Assembly: GCA_964609655.1 (NCBI GenBank)
Contig: CAZSUA010000001.1
Span: forward strand, 11,839-75,838
From: an uncultured Polyangiaceae bacterium
Lineage (GTDB): Bacteria; Myxococcota_A; Polyangia; Polyangiales; Polyangiaceae
Reading direction: 5' to 3'
DNA: 64,000 bases
Shown: in pieces, positions 28,036 to 40,113 of the stretch
Layout of the letters: each line of letters opens with the position of its first letter
Position numbering within the stretch: the stretch's first letter is position 1
Program-made: the position numbers and the translations under genes
The notes under the pieces: model-generated
Told to the model about the DNA's origin: nothing
Databases searched by the model: none
Seen by the model: only the letters and a program-made list of their open reading frames with translations

Positions 28036-30549
28036 CTAGAACCTGGGCATTCCCGCGCCTTCCACTTGCCAAATTTCCCGCGCATACGCGTCGATCACCC
28101 GGTCGCTCGAGAAGATGCCCATATTGGTTGAGTTCAAGATGGATTGGCGCAGCCAGTGTTCCTCGTTGCGGTAGGCTTCGCCGACACTGTGCTGGCAGAT
28201 GCGGTAGCTGCGAAAATCGGCGCACACGAAATACGGGTCGTGATAGCGCAGGCCGTCGAGCAAGGGCTTGAACTTGTCGCGATTGCCGTGAGAAAAAGTA
28301 CCTCGTTCAATGCTGTCGAGCACCGCTTTGAGTTCTGGATCGGTTTCCCAGATCGCCTGAGGGCGGTATCCCTGCGCGCGCCGGTGTTCGACTTCATCTG
28401 AAGTGAGGCCGAAAACAAAGATATTCTCTCTACCTACAGCCTCCATGATCTCAACGTTCGCGCCGTCGAGCGTTCCGATCGTGAGCGCACCATTGAGTGC
28501 GAATTTCATGTTGCTCGTGCCGGAGGCTTCAGTGCCAGCCAACGAGATCTGTTCGGACACCTCTGCCGCAACCACCAGCTTTTCAGCCAGGGAAACGTTG
28601 TAATCCGGTACGAACACGACGCGGAGCTGAGCACTCACTTGCGGATCAACCTCCAGAACCCGCGCGACGCCAGTGATGAGCTCAATGATCGACTTAGCGG
28701 CTACATACCCGGGAGCCGCCTTACCTCCGAACAGGTAGGTGCGTGCAGGCCCCGTTGGCTTGCCGCTTAAAATGTCGTGATACTGTGCGATGATTTGCAA
28801 GATATTGAGGAGCTGCCGTTTGTATTCATGTAGGCGCTTGACCTGCACGTCGTACACAGACGCTGGATCCACAGCGAATCCGAAAGTTTTGCGTAAGTAC
28901 GCGCTCAAGTACCGCTTGTTTTGGCGCTTCACCAGCTGCCACGCACGACGAAATTCAGCATTCTCCGCCAAGGGTGAGAGCCTGTGCAGTTCGTCAAGGT
29001 GGGTGACCCAGGCGTCGCCAATGTGCGAGGTAATCAGCCGAGAAAGCCCAGGATTGGCCGCAAGCAGCCAGCGGCGCGGCGTGATACCGTTGGTCTTGTT
29101 GTTGAATTTTTGGGGCGTCCATTCGGCAAAGTCACGAAACAGACGCTCCTTAATAATGTTGGTGTGGAGCTTCGAGACACCATTCACCGCGCGGCTTCCT
29201 ACGATGGCCAAGTGAGCCATGCGCACGCGCCGGCTGCCGTTCTCATCGATCAATGACATACGGCGGAGCCGCTCAGTGTCCCCCGGATACGCTTTTCGGA
29301 CGTCTTCCAAGAAGCGCCGGTTGATCTCATAGATGAGCTGGAGGTGCCGTGGCAGCAAACGCTCCATCAGGGCCACTTCCCAATGCTCCAGCGCTTCGGG
29401 CATGACGGTGTGGTTGGTGTAGGCAAAGGCTTGCGTTACCGAATTCCAAGCGACCTCCCAGGGCAGATCGTGCTCATCGAGGAGGATGCGTAAGAGCTCG
29501 GCGATCGCGATCACGGGGTGCGTATCATTGAGCTGAAAAATAGCCTTCTCGTGGAGATTTTCCAAGGTTGGGAACGCCACAAGATGGCGAGCGATCACGT
29601 CTTGCAACGTGGCAGAGACAAAGAAATACTCCTGCTTGAAGCGAAGCTCACGCCCTTGGTCCACCATGTCGTTGGGGTAGAGAACGCGCGAGATATTCTC
29701 CGTGGCATTTTTATCATAGAGCGATTGCAGGTAATCGCCGCGATTGAAATCCGCGAAGCTGAATTCACGAGCCGCCTTGGCAGACCAAAGGCGTAGCGTG
29801 TTGACTATCCCGTTCCCGTAACCTGGGATCAAGATGTCATGTGCCATTGCCATGACCACATCTGCACCTTCCCAGTGAAAATGGTCCTTGCCGCCACTCG
29901 ACGTGGCTCTATGCACCCGACCTCCAAATCGCACGGGAAAAATGCGCGCAGGCTTCTCGACTTCCCAGGGGTTGCCGTAGCGCAACCAGTTATCGGCACG
30001 CTCCAGCTGCGCACCATTGGCTATTTCTTGCCGAAAAATGCCGTATTCGTAGCGGATCCCATAGCCGACGGCTGGCAGCCCAGCGGTGGCCATCGAATCT
30101 AAGAAGCAGGCGGCGAGGCGCCCGAGGCCTCCGTTTCCGAGCCCCGCGTCTTGTTCTTCAGCCAACAGGTCCTGAATGTCGTAGCCGAGCTCGGCCAGGG
30201 CTTCCCGAACCGGTTCGTACAGCCCAACATTCAAGAGATTCGTTTCAAGCAAACGCCCGAGCAAAAACTCGAGCGACAGGTAATATACGCGCCGGGCAGT
30301 TGGGGCGTGTGCTGAGTGTTGTGTCTTGTTCCAGCGATCGACCATGCGATCCCGGACCGAGCGGGCTACTGCCCAGTAAAAATCGAGTGGGGTGGCGCTC
30401 GACTCATCGGTCACGCGCGTATATTCGATGTGGTTCGCGATGGACCGCTTGATCGAATCCTTGTCTAGGCCAAGATCAGACGACGTGAGGTAGCTTTCAT
30501 CGGCCTTCTGCATGCGGACAAAGTACACTGAGTTCCAGCTATTGCCCAA
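28036..30549 (-). CDS. glgP: glycogen/alpha-glucan phosphorylase
   Basis: About 830 aa with the PLP-lysine block EASGTSNMKFALNGALTIGTLDGANVE. An alternative start is MQKADES at 30513. Confidence 0.93.
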   Translation of the reverse strand: MGNSWNSVYFVRMQKADESYLTSSDLGLDKDSIKRSIANHIEYTRVTDESSATPLDFYWAVARSVRDRMVDRWNKTQHSAHAPTARRVYYLSLEFLLGRLLETNLLNVGLYEPVREALAELGYDIQDLLAEEQDAGLGNGGLGRLAACFLDSMATAGLPAVGYGIRYEYGIFRQEIANGAQLERADNWLRYGNPWEVEKPARIFPVRFGGRVHRATSSGGKDHFHWEGADVVMAMAHDILIPGYGNGIVNTLRLWSAKAAREFSFADFNRGDYLQSLYDKNATENISRVLYPNDMVDQGRELRFKQEYFFVSATLQDVIARHLVAFPTLENLHEKAIFQLNDTHPVIAIAELLRILLDEHDLPWEVAWNSVTQAFAYTNHTVMPEALEHWEVALMERLLPRHLQLIYEINRRFLEDVRKAYPGDTERLRRMSLIDENGSRRVRMAHLAIVGSRAVNGVSKLHTNIIKERLFRDFAEWTPQKFNNKTNGITPRRWLLAANPGLSRLITSHIGDAWVTHLDELHRLSPLAENAEFRRAWQLVKRQNKRYLSAYLRKTFGFAVDPASVYDVQVKRLHEYKRQLLNILQIIAQYHDILSGKPTGPARTYLFGGKAAPGYVAAKSIIELITGVARVLEVDPQVSAQLRVVFVPDYNVSLAEKLVVAAEVSEQISLAGTEASGTSNMKFALNGALTIGTLDGANVEIMEAVGRENIFVFGLTSDEVEHRRAQGYRPQAIWETDPELKAVLDSIERGTFSHGNRDKFKPLLDGLRYHDPYFVCADFRSYRICQHSVGEAYRNEEHWLRQSILNSTNMGIFSSDRVIDAYAREIWQVEGAGMPRF

Positions 30550-30600
30550 TTAGACACTTGCGGTGCAGCTCACCGGCGAACCGAGCGTCTGAGACCAATG

Positions 30601-31572
30601 CTACAAATTCACAGCGTTGCGTGGAGTGCCCGCTAAAAATGCGCGAACATTCTCTACGGTCGCTTGCATCAAGCGTTGCCGAGCCTCGAACGATGCCCAA
30701 GCAATATGGGGAGTGATGACACAGTGGGGCGCCGCCAACAGCGGATTGGCAGCGCTAGGCGGCTCTGTGGAGAGAACATCCAAGCCTGCGCCAGCCAGGG
30801 CGCCACGCTGCAAGGCCAGCGCGAGCGCGGCTTCATCGATCAGAGGACCGCGGGAGGTGTTAAGGAGCAGGGCGCTTGGCTTCATGAGTGCCAGCCTATC
30901 GGCGTTAATTAGCTTTTCCGTCTCGCGGGTGAGCGGGCAATGCAGGCTGACTACATCGGCGGCACTGAGCAGCTCTTCCAGGGGTTTGAATTCGAAGTGC
31001 GCGTAGGGCGGAGCAGCAGCCGAACGCGACGGGGTAGCCCAAACGCGCATGCCGAGCGCGTGCGCAAGTTCAGCAAAACGGCGTCCAATCGTACCGAAAC
31101 CAACGATTCCGCACAGCTTTCCGGAGAGCTCCAGAAGCGGGGCCTTTTGGAAGGAGAAATCTAAGGAGCATACCCAATCCCCTTGCTGCACCGCAGCTGC
31201 ATGCACACCGACGCGACTCGCGAGCTCCAGTAAAAGTGCCAACGTGACTTGGGCGACGCTTTCCGTGGCGTAGCTGGGCACATTGCAGACTGGGATCTGT
31301 CGTTCTTTGGCGCAGGCAACGTCGACAATATTGAAGCCCGTGGCCAGCACACACACGGCCTTCAATTCTGGGAGCTGTTCGAACGTGGCGCGCGTGATCT
31401 GCGTCTTGTTGGTGAGAATCAGATCCTGGTTGAGCGCCCGGGCCACGACTTCGGACGGGGGCGTTCGGTCGTGGACAGTCAATGTGCCAAGCTCGGCAAG
31501 CGCGCTCCAGGAAAGATCGCCCGGATTGAGGGTGAAGCCATCCAGAACAACGATGCGAGCGTTCGGGTTCAC
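30601..31572 (-). CDS. D-isomer-specific 2-hydroxyacid dehydrogenase (glycerate dehydrogenase-like)
   Basis: NAD fold GIVGFGTIGRRFA and the family C-terminal block ITPHIAWAS. Confidence 0.85.
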   Translation of the reverse strand: MNPNARIVVLDGFTLNPGDLSWSALAELGTLTVHDRTPPSEVVARALNQDLILTNKTQITRATFEQLPELKAVCVLATGFNIVDVACAKERQIPVCNVPSYATESVAQVTLALLLELASRVGVHAAAVQQGDWVCSLDFSFQKAPLLELSGKLCGIVGFGTIGRRFAELAHALGMRVWATPSRSAAAPPYAHFEFKPLEELLSAADVVSLHCPLTRETEKLINADRLALMKPSALLLNTSRGPLIDEAALALALQRGALAGAGLDVLSTEPPSAANPLLAAPHCVITPHIAWASFEARQRLMQATVENVRAFLAGTPRNAVNL

Positions 31573-31596
31573 GTGTGCAGGCTCGCTCAGGGGTGC

Positions 31597-34683
<3,087 letters not shown>

Positions 34684-34875
34684 GCGATAGTCTCGTGTTT
34701 AGACGGTGTGCTTAGAACGGAATGGAGGAGGCCCGCTTTTGGCTTTGAGAGCGGGCAAGCGGCTCGGAAGCTAATCCCTCAGAACCGCGTGTGCCAGACC
34801 TCAGGAGCGATTTTCCCGCCCACGGGTGGTGCTTGGGGGCCAAAACTGGAGGTTTTGGGGTAGCGTACAGCCGCC

Positions 34876-35727
34876 ATGCGAGATCCCGAGCACCAGCTGT
34901 ACCGCGAGTTGAAGCGGACCTGTCAGAAATACGCTTTGGTTGCCGAAGGGGATCGGATCTTGGTGGCGGTGAGTGGAGGCAAGGATAGCTACACCTTGCT
35001 TCAGCTTTTACAGCGTTTGAAGCGAGAGCTGCCGTTTGCATTTGAGCTTATCGCGGTGCACTTGGATCAGCAACAGCCTGGCTACGACGGGACGACTCTC
35101 GAAAAGTGGCTCACGGACAAAGCGTACAACTTCGAGATCCTTTCCGAAGACACCTACTCCGTTGTGACATCTCATCTGGACAGTAAATCAACCTATTGCT
35201 CGCTCTGTTCGCGGCTGCGGCGCGGGATCCTCTACTCTGCAGCTGAGCGCCTCGGTTGCAACAAGATCGCCCTTGGCCATCATCGAGACGACGCGATCCA
35301 GACCTTTCTCTTGAACATGCTGTATTCTGGAAAGCTTCAGGCCATGCCAGCTTCCTACCGCACGGATGATGGCAAGTTCGAAGTGATTCGCCCGCTCATC
35401 GGTTGCTCAGAGTCTTCGATTCGGGAGTTTGCGAAGGAGCAGGCGTTTCCGATTCTGCCCTGTAATCTGTGCGGCTCCCAAGAGGGGCTCAAACGACAGC
35501 GCATGGCGGAGCTCCTATCGGAGCTGGAGCAGGAGATCCCCAACGTTCGCAGCACACTCAGCGCGGCACTCGCCAATGTGGTCCCGACGCACTTGCTGGA
35601 TACGGATTTACTGGCGGCTTGGGCCGAGCGGCCCGCCCATGTGCGCCCGAGGGAAATTGTGAACCGCAGAGAATCGCACCACCCCGCGCTCCCCCGGGTT
35701 GCAGCACGGAGGCTACCGATTGCGTGA
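34876..35727 (+). CDS. ttcA: tRNA 2-thiocytidine(32) synthetase TtcA
   Basis: PP-loop VAVSGGKDS and the Fe-S cysteines CSLCSRLRRG and CNLCGSQ. Confidence 0.88.
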   Translation: MRDPEHQLYRELKRTCQKYALVAEGDRILVAVSGGKDSYTLLQLLQRLKRELPFAFELIAVHLDQQQPGYDGTTLEKWLTDKAYNFEILSEDTYSVVTSHLDSKSTYCSLCSRLRRGILYSAAERLGCNKIALGHHRDDAIQTFLLNMLYSGKLQAMPASYRTDDGKFEVIRPLIGCSESSIREFAKEQAFPILPCNLCGSQEGLKRQRMAELLSELEQEIPNVRSTLSAALANVVPTHLLDTDLLAAWAERPAHVRPREIVNRRESHHPALPRVAARRLPIA

Positions 35728-36245
35728 TTGGTGAGACCGACAAAGCTGAGTTGCTGGCAGTCCTCAAGCGACAGTTGGAGGCAGAGCTGGCCGTGATGGA
35801 GCATGCGCATCAGCAGTCTCGGGAAGGCGCGACGCACGAGGAAGCGCGTTCCGAGGGCGATAAAGACATGCGATCGACGGAAGTGAGCTATTTGGCGCGT
35901 GGCCAAGCTCTCCGTGTTGTTGAACTCGTCGAGGGGCTCAACAAGCTGTCGATGCTGCGAGCTCGAAAGTTTTCGGAGGAGGATCCGCTTGCCATGGGTG
36001 CGCTCGTACGCTTGGAAGATCAGGACTCAGGAGATGAATCGTGCTTTCTTTTGGCACCTGCTGGAGCAGGTGCGCGTCTCTCAGCCTGTGAGGCGGGCTC
36101 GGGCAAGGCTCAAGCGTTGGAGGTGGTCGTGCTCACCGCAGGCTCTCCGCTCGGAAGAGCGCTCTTAGGCCAACGATTAGGGGATGAAGTGGAGCTGATC
36201 GTCCCCGCAAAAAAGCGTTCTTACGTGATCGTTGAGGTGGCGTGA
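35724..36245 (+). CDS. GreA/GreB-family transcription elongation factor-like protein
   Basis: C-terminal block SPLGRALLGQRLGDEVELIVPAKKRSYVIVEV matches the Gre C-domain pattern, and the N-terminal half is coiled-coil. The in-frame GTG at 35724 overlaps the ttcA stop (GTGA). The upstream part of the ORF (35469-35723) lies inside ttcA. Confidence 0.7.
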   Translation: MIGETDKAELLAVLKRQLEAELAVMEHAHQQSREGATHEEARSEGDKDMRSTEVSYLARGQALRVVELVEGLNKLSMLRARKFSEEDPLAMGALVRLEDQDSGDESCFLLAPAGAGARLSACEAGSGKAQALEVVVLTAGSPLGRALLGQRLGDEVELIVPAKKRSYVIVEVA

Positions 36246-36362
36246 AATCCGCGCCTAAGCTTGAGCCGCGTGGAGTGGACACCAAGTTGGTGGTGATGCA
36301 CAACCGGGAGAGGGTTTGCGGGCCGCGTCGCACGCCAGGCGAGCAGCCCTTTTTGTTGCTTG

Positions 36363-36390
36363 AAAGATAGTAAGCATATGCTTACTATCT
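36363..36390. repeat. perfect 28-bp AT-rich palindrome AAGATAGTAAGCATATGCTTACTATCTT
   Basis: Read directly from the sequence and centred on CAT|ATG. It lies in the gap between two convergent genes, in otherwise GC-rich DNA. Confidence 0.95.
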
Positions 36391-36460
36391 TGTGTTCGAG
36401 TTTGAGATAGAGGTCACGGACAAGTTTGGGAGCACTTGGGGATGCTCAACCTCTCAAGAC

Positions 36461-37312
36461 TCAGAAGTCGTAGCGGATGCCAAATTCGGCTGAGTTGCCC
36501 GCACTGAGCTCGCGGATGAAATAGGGCTCGAACGAGAACGTTCTGTCGTTACCCCAAATTGGCAAGCGTTGAGGCGGAAAGTTCGTCTCCGCTAGCACTT
36601 GCCCAAGCTTTGGGTGCCGCTGAAGCATCCGCAGGGGCTCAGTTGCTGGCTCAAATTCGAGGGCAAGGTAATAGCCACGCGCCCAATCGCTTTGAGTTTT
36701 TTGTTCGATGAATCCAGCCTGGTTCAGCGCATATCCCGCATTTTCTGGGACTCTTACGGCGAGCGAGGGCTTGCAACAAGTGCCGCCATCGGTCAGCGGG
36801 AAGAACGGATGGGCAAACCACTCGATGGGCAAAGGCCGAGCCCCCGTGTTTTCAATCTGGGTCTCCGAGGAGAGTGAGCGTTCGTTGAGTGAGACCGTGC
36901 GCTTCAGGCGATAAGCTTGATCTTCAAATGTGTCTTCGCTGGTTAACGTGAACGACGTGGGCGTACTCTCAACCAGCCAGGGTAGGAAGCGCAATACCTC
37001 GGGGTTGTTATGCGCAAACGAGGGCTTCAGCTGGCCCGTGCGCCTGACTCGCCCGACGCCAATCACAGCGACCTCTTCTCCCAGCTCGGCGTTTTCATTG
37101 AGCACGCGTACAAATTGTTCGGGTGCCCCTTGGCCGTGAAAGACATCGGGATTTGTCGCCGGAAACTGCGGCCCAGCCAAGAGCGGCCCCAAGGCTTGGT
37201 CGGTCACTTGATAGATGTAGCCGCCGACGCAATAGCGCGAGCCCAAGCGAGCGAGATCCAGAGCAGGATCCAGAATTTCCACGTTGAGTTGTGCGTTTTT
37301 TAGGTGAAACAT
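36461..37312 (-). CDS. hypothetical protein, possibly aldose-1-epimerase (mutarotase)-fold
   Basis: The ATG at 37312 (MFHLKNAQLNVEILDP) lies 1 nt after the recQ stop. WFAHPFFPL resembles the mutarotase HPYFN block. The longer ORF-track version overlaps recQ. Confidence 0.55.
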   Translation of the reverse strand: MFHLKNAQLNVEILDPALDLARLGSRYCVGGYIYQVTDQALGPLLAGPQFPATNPDVFHGQGAPEQFVRVLNENAELGEEVAVIGVGRVRRTGQLKPSFAHNNPEVLRFLPWLVESTPTSFTLTSEDTFEDQAYRLKRTVSLNERSLSSETQIENTGARPLPIEWFAHPFFPLTDGGTCCKPSLAVRVPENAGYALNQAGFIEQKTQSDWARGYYLALEFEPATEPLRMLQRHPKLGQVLAETNFPPQRLPIWGNDRTFSFEPYFIRELSAGNSAEFGIRYDF

Positions 37313-37313
37313 G

Positions 37314-39368
37314 TCATTCCTGTGGGTTCGCTTGCACCACTTGCAGAAATCCCTGCCCATAGGCAGCAGCTTTGGCGGGGCCGATCCCATGAACGAGTAG
37401 GAGTGCCGCTTCTGTCTTGGGACGGAGCGTTGCAATGTCCCGAAGCGTGCGATCACTCGCGACCACGTACGCAGGCACGCCTTGGGTTTGGGCCACCTCC
37501 AAGCGATGGCCCCGCAAAGCTTCGAAGAGAGCATGCGACGCGGGATCGATGGCTTCGTCGGCGCGCGTGCCCGCACGTGCTCCCGCGGAGTTGGCCAAGG
37601 GCGCGGGCGAACGGTCGCGTGGGGGTAGGCGCAGACGAATCGGGCGCAGCCCCTTCATCGCTTCTCGGCCTTCTAGTGTGAGGCGGATGAGCGGACGCTC
37701 ATCTTTGGTGAAGCCCAGCCAGCCGGCGGTCATGCAGCGTCGCAAGAGCTTAGTGAGCCACTCTTCGGAATAGGCCTTGAGCACACCGAATGTCGGTGAA
37801 TCCTCGAGCGCCATCCTCTCCAAACGCGGATCTTTTTGGCCCCGTGCGAGCTTCACTGCGGCCGTCAAGCCAAGCTGCGCGTGCACGCGCGCGACGGCGC
37901 TCAGAGCTTTTCTGACGATGAGCGCCGTCTCTTGCTCGTCCGCGTCGTCGTCTGTTGCAAGGCCCAAGCATACGTCACAGCGCCCGCAACCCTGCAGTGT
38001 TTCGGCTTCATCCTCGAAGTAGCGCAGAATCGCGTCGTGGCGGCAGCTGCCCCCCTCCACCCAGCGCATGAGCTCAAGGAAGAGGTTCCACTTGTGCTCG
38101 ACCACGTTCGCATCGGGCGCGCGCCCGTCCACTTCCTTCTGCAAGAGCTGGCGGCGGAGTGCCAGATCTTGGGGTCGTGCTAGCAGTAAACCTATCGCCG
38201 GTTCACCGTCTCGACCGGCACGCCCGACTTCTTGATAGTAAGCTTCGATCGAGCCGGGCGGCCCCAGATGCACCACGGCGCGCACATCACCGCGATCGAT
38301 GCCCATGCCAAACGCATTGGTGGCCACCACGATGGTTGCCTCACCGTGAATAAAGCTGGCTTGCGCCCGCTCGCGCTCTTTCGAAGGCAAGCCGGCATGA
38401 TACGCCGCCGTATGCCACCCCAGTGCCGCCAAGCGCGCAGCTTCCTTCTCCGCGCCTTTACGCGTGGGAGAATAGACGATCGCCGTTCCCAGCGGCTTCT
38501 TGGGCTTCCCGAGCGCCTCTTCCAGCGTCGCATCCACGTGTTTTTCTCGTTCACGCAGTGATGAAATTTCCCGCGCTCGCAGGATCAAATTGGGGCGCGC
38601 AAAACCGCGCAGCACTTGCGGCGTGTCAGAGCCGAGCCCTAGGCGTTGCAAGATCTCATCCCGCACGATGGGGGTCGCTGTCGCAGTACAGGCTAAGATC
38701 TTGACGCCCACCATCTGGCGCACAAAGTCCCCAATCCCCAAATAATCAGGGCGAAAATCATGGCCCCATTCGCTGATGCAATGCGCTTCATCGATCGCGA
38801 TGAGCGGGCAGGAGAGTGCGCGCACAGTCGCGCGGAAACCTGGATAGGCCAGTCGCTCAGGGGCAACGTACAGGAGCTGATAGTCGCCCCGGGCCAGCTT
38901 CGCCAGACGCTTCTTGGTCTCTTCGGGTGGTAGCGTGGCGGCTAAATAGGTCGCAGAAATGCCGCGTGCCGTGAGCGCCGAAACCTGATCGTGCATGAGC
39001 GCGATCAACGGGGAGATCACCACCGTGGTTCCCGAAAGCAGCGAACCCGGAAGCTGATAGCACAGACTCTTACCGCCTCCGGTTGGCGCCACCAGAAGCA
39101 ACTTGCCATGTTCGAGCAATGCCAGAATGGACTCGCGCTGACCCGGTCGGAACTCCGAATATCCAAGCCTTTGAAGCCCAGCATCGAGGTCGAGCACTCC
39201 GGGAGCTGCCGCCGTCACAGCTTGGGTGTATGCGCGAGCCCGCAGCTGAGAACAAGTGATAAGGCCGGGCCTTGCCTTCCCGACGCCTATCATCGACACT
39301 CCCGCCCGTGAAGTTGTGGATAGCGTGTGGATTAGTGTTCGTTGCCGTCGGGGCTTGTGCGGGTCCAA
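37314..39368 (-). CDS. recQ: ATP-dependent DNA helicase RecQ
   Basis: APTGGGKSLCYQLP (motif I), DEAHCISEWGHDFRPDY, the zinc-binding cluster CRHD...CGRCDVC, and a C-terminal HRDC-like region. The start is ambiguous: ATG 39368, ATG 39293 or GTG 39218. Confidence 0.92.
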   Translation of the reverse strand: MDPHKPRRQRTLIHTLSTTSRAGVSMIGVGKARPGLITCSQLRARAYTQAVTAAAPGVLDLDAGLQRLGYSEFRPGQRESILALLEHGKLLLVAPTGGGKSLCYQLPGSLLSGTTVVISPLIALMHDQVSALTARGISATYLAATLPPEETKKRLAKLARGDYQLLYVAPERLAYPGFRATVRALSCPLIAIDEAHCISEWGHDFRPDYLGIGDFVRQMVGVKILACTATATPIVRDEILQRLGLGSDTPQVLRGFARPNLILRAREISSLREREKHVDATLEEALGKPKKPLGTAIVYSPTRKGAEKEAARLAALGWHTAAYHAGLPSKERERAQASFIHGEATIVVATNAFGMGIDRGDVRAVVHLGPPGSIEAYYQEVGRAGRDGEPAIGLLLARPQDLALRRQLLQKEVDGRAPDANVVEHKWNLFLELMRWVEGGSCRHDAILRYFEDEAETLQGCGRCDVCLGLATDDDADEQETALIVRKALSAVARVHAQLGLTAAVKLARGQKDPRLERMALEDSPTFGVLKAYSEEWLTKLLRRCMTAGWLGFTKDERPLIRLTLEGREAMKGLRPIRLRLPPRDRSPAPLANSAGARAGTRADEAIDPASHALFEALRGHRLEVAQTQGVPAYVVASDRTLRDIATLRPKTEAALLLVHGIGPAKAAAYGQGFLQVVQANPQE

Positions 39369-40111
39369 CGACAGCGCCGTGTACCCCGCAAACTTGGAAG
39401 GGCATGTGCGTCGCGCGCTCGATCGTGAAGACGAAGGAGCTGGAATTTCCCGTGCCGATGTCGGTCTTCGAGGTCATTTTTTCACCCCAACCCAATACCG
39501 AAACACCCAATTTGACACCACCGGAAGTCCGTTTGGAGTACCGCGTGCGTGGCATTTACGAAGAGGCCTTGCGTGCGTATCTGAAGACCTACGAAACGGT
39601 GCCGTGTAGCGCTACGCCGCCAGCACCCGACTCCTGCGTTCCGGGTCCGGTTCAAGTGGATGCTCCAGCGTTCGATCCGGCGACCGTGGAGGCCGCTGCA
39701 CCCGCTGGCCCTTCTGGTTGTGGAAAGATTGACGCCGGGGAGGTGCAAGCCGAGGGCGTGCCGCTCAACGCTCCTCCTAGCCTGCAAGAGTCGCTGTTGT
39801 TCGAGCAAAACCTGGCGACGCCAGCCGCCGAGAGCGTAAAGCTTCTAGACAAGATGGCAGAAGATCTGAAGGCGGCGCCGAGCATCGATTGTGTGTCCGT
39901 GGTCGGTTCAGTGACGCTCGGTGAGCCTCAGGTTTTGGCCAGCCAACGTGCCCAAGCCGTTCGAGCGGCGTTAGTGGAACGCGGTGTCGAGGCAGGGCGG
40001 CTCAATACCCTGAGCGCAAGTGTGGCGATCGCGAACAACGGCCAGCGCGCGGAAGTGCCTTCCGAGCGCCGAGTGATCTTGCGCGTGGTCTTGCAGTCCG
40101 CCGGAGAGTAG
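39272..40111 (+). CDS. OmpA-family (peptidoglycan-associated) lipoprotein
   Basis: Signal sequence plus lipobox VAVGAC. C-terminal OmpA-like block LASQRAQAVRAALVERGVEAGRL...SERRVIL. An alternative GTG start is at 39308. Confidence 0.6.
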   Translation: MPSRRLSSTLPPVKLWIACGLVFVAVGACAGPTTAPCTPQTWKGMCVARSIVKTKELEFPVPMSVFEVIFSPQPNTETPNLTPPEVRLEYRVRGIYEEALRAYLKTYETVPCSATPPAPDSCVPGPVQVDAPAFDPATVEAAAPAGPSGCGKIDAGEVQAEGVPLNAPPSLQESLLFEQNLATPAAESVKLLDKMAEDLKAAPSIDCVSVVGSVTLGEPQVLASQRAQAVRAALVERGVEAGRLNTLSASVAIANNGQRAEVPSERRVILRVVLQSAGE

Positions 40112-40113
40112 GC

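Noticed and set aside
35469-35723. Upstream extension of the Gre-like ORF
   Set aside because: It lies entirely inside ttcA in another frame. The conserved Gre-like sequence begins after the in-frame GTG at 35724.
36363-36390. 28-bp palindrome as a XerCD dif site
   Set aside because: The length and the convergent-gap location are suggestive. However, the arms do not resemble the conserved XerD-arm consensus (TTATGTTAAAT-like) that I recall, real dif sites are imperfect palindromes, and a second related copy exists at 18211.
37313-37576. Upstream extension of ORF 36461..37576
   Set aside because: It overlaps the recQ HRDC-coding 3' end. An ATG with a sensible N-terminus sits at 37312, immediately after the recQ stop.
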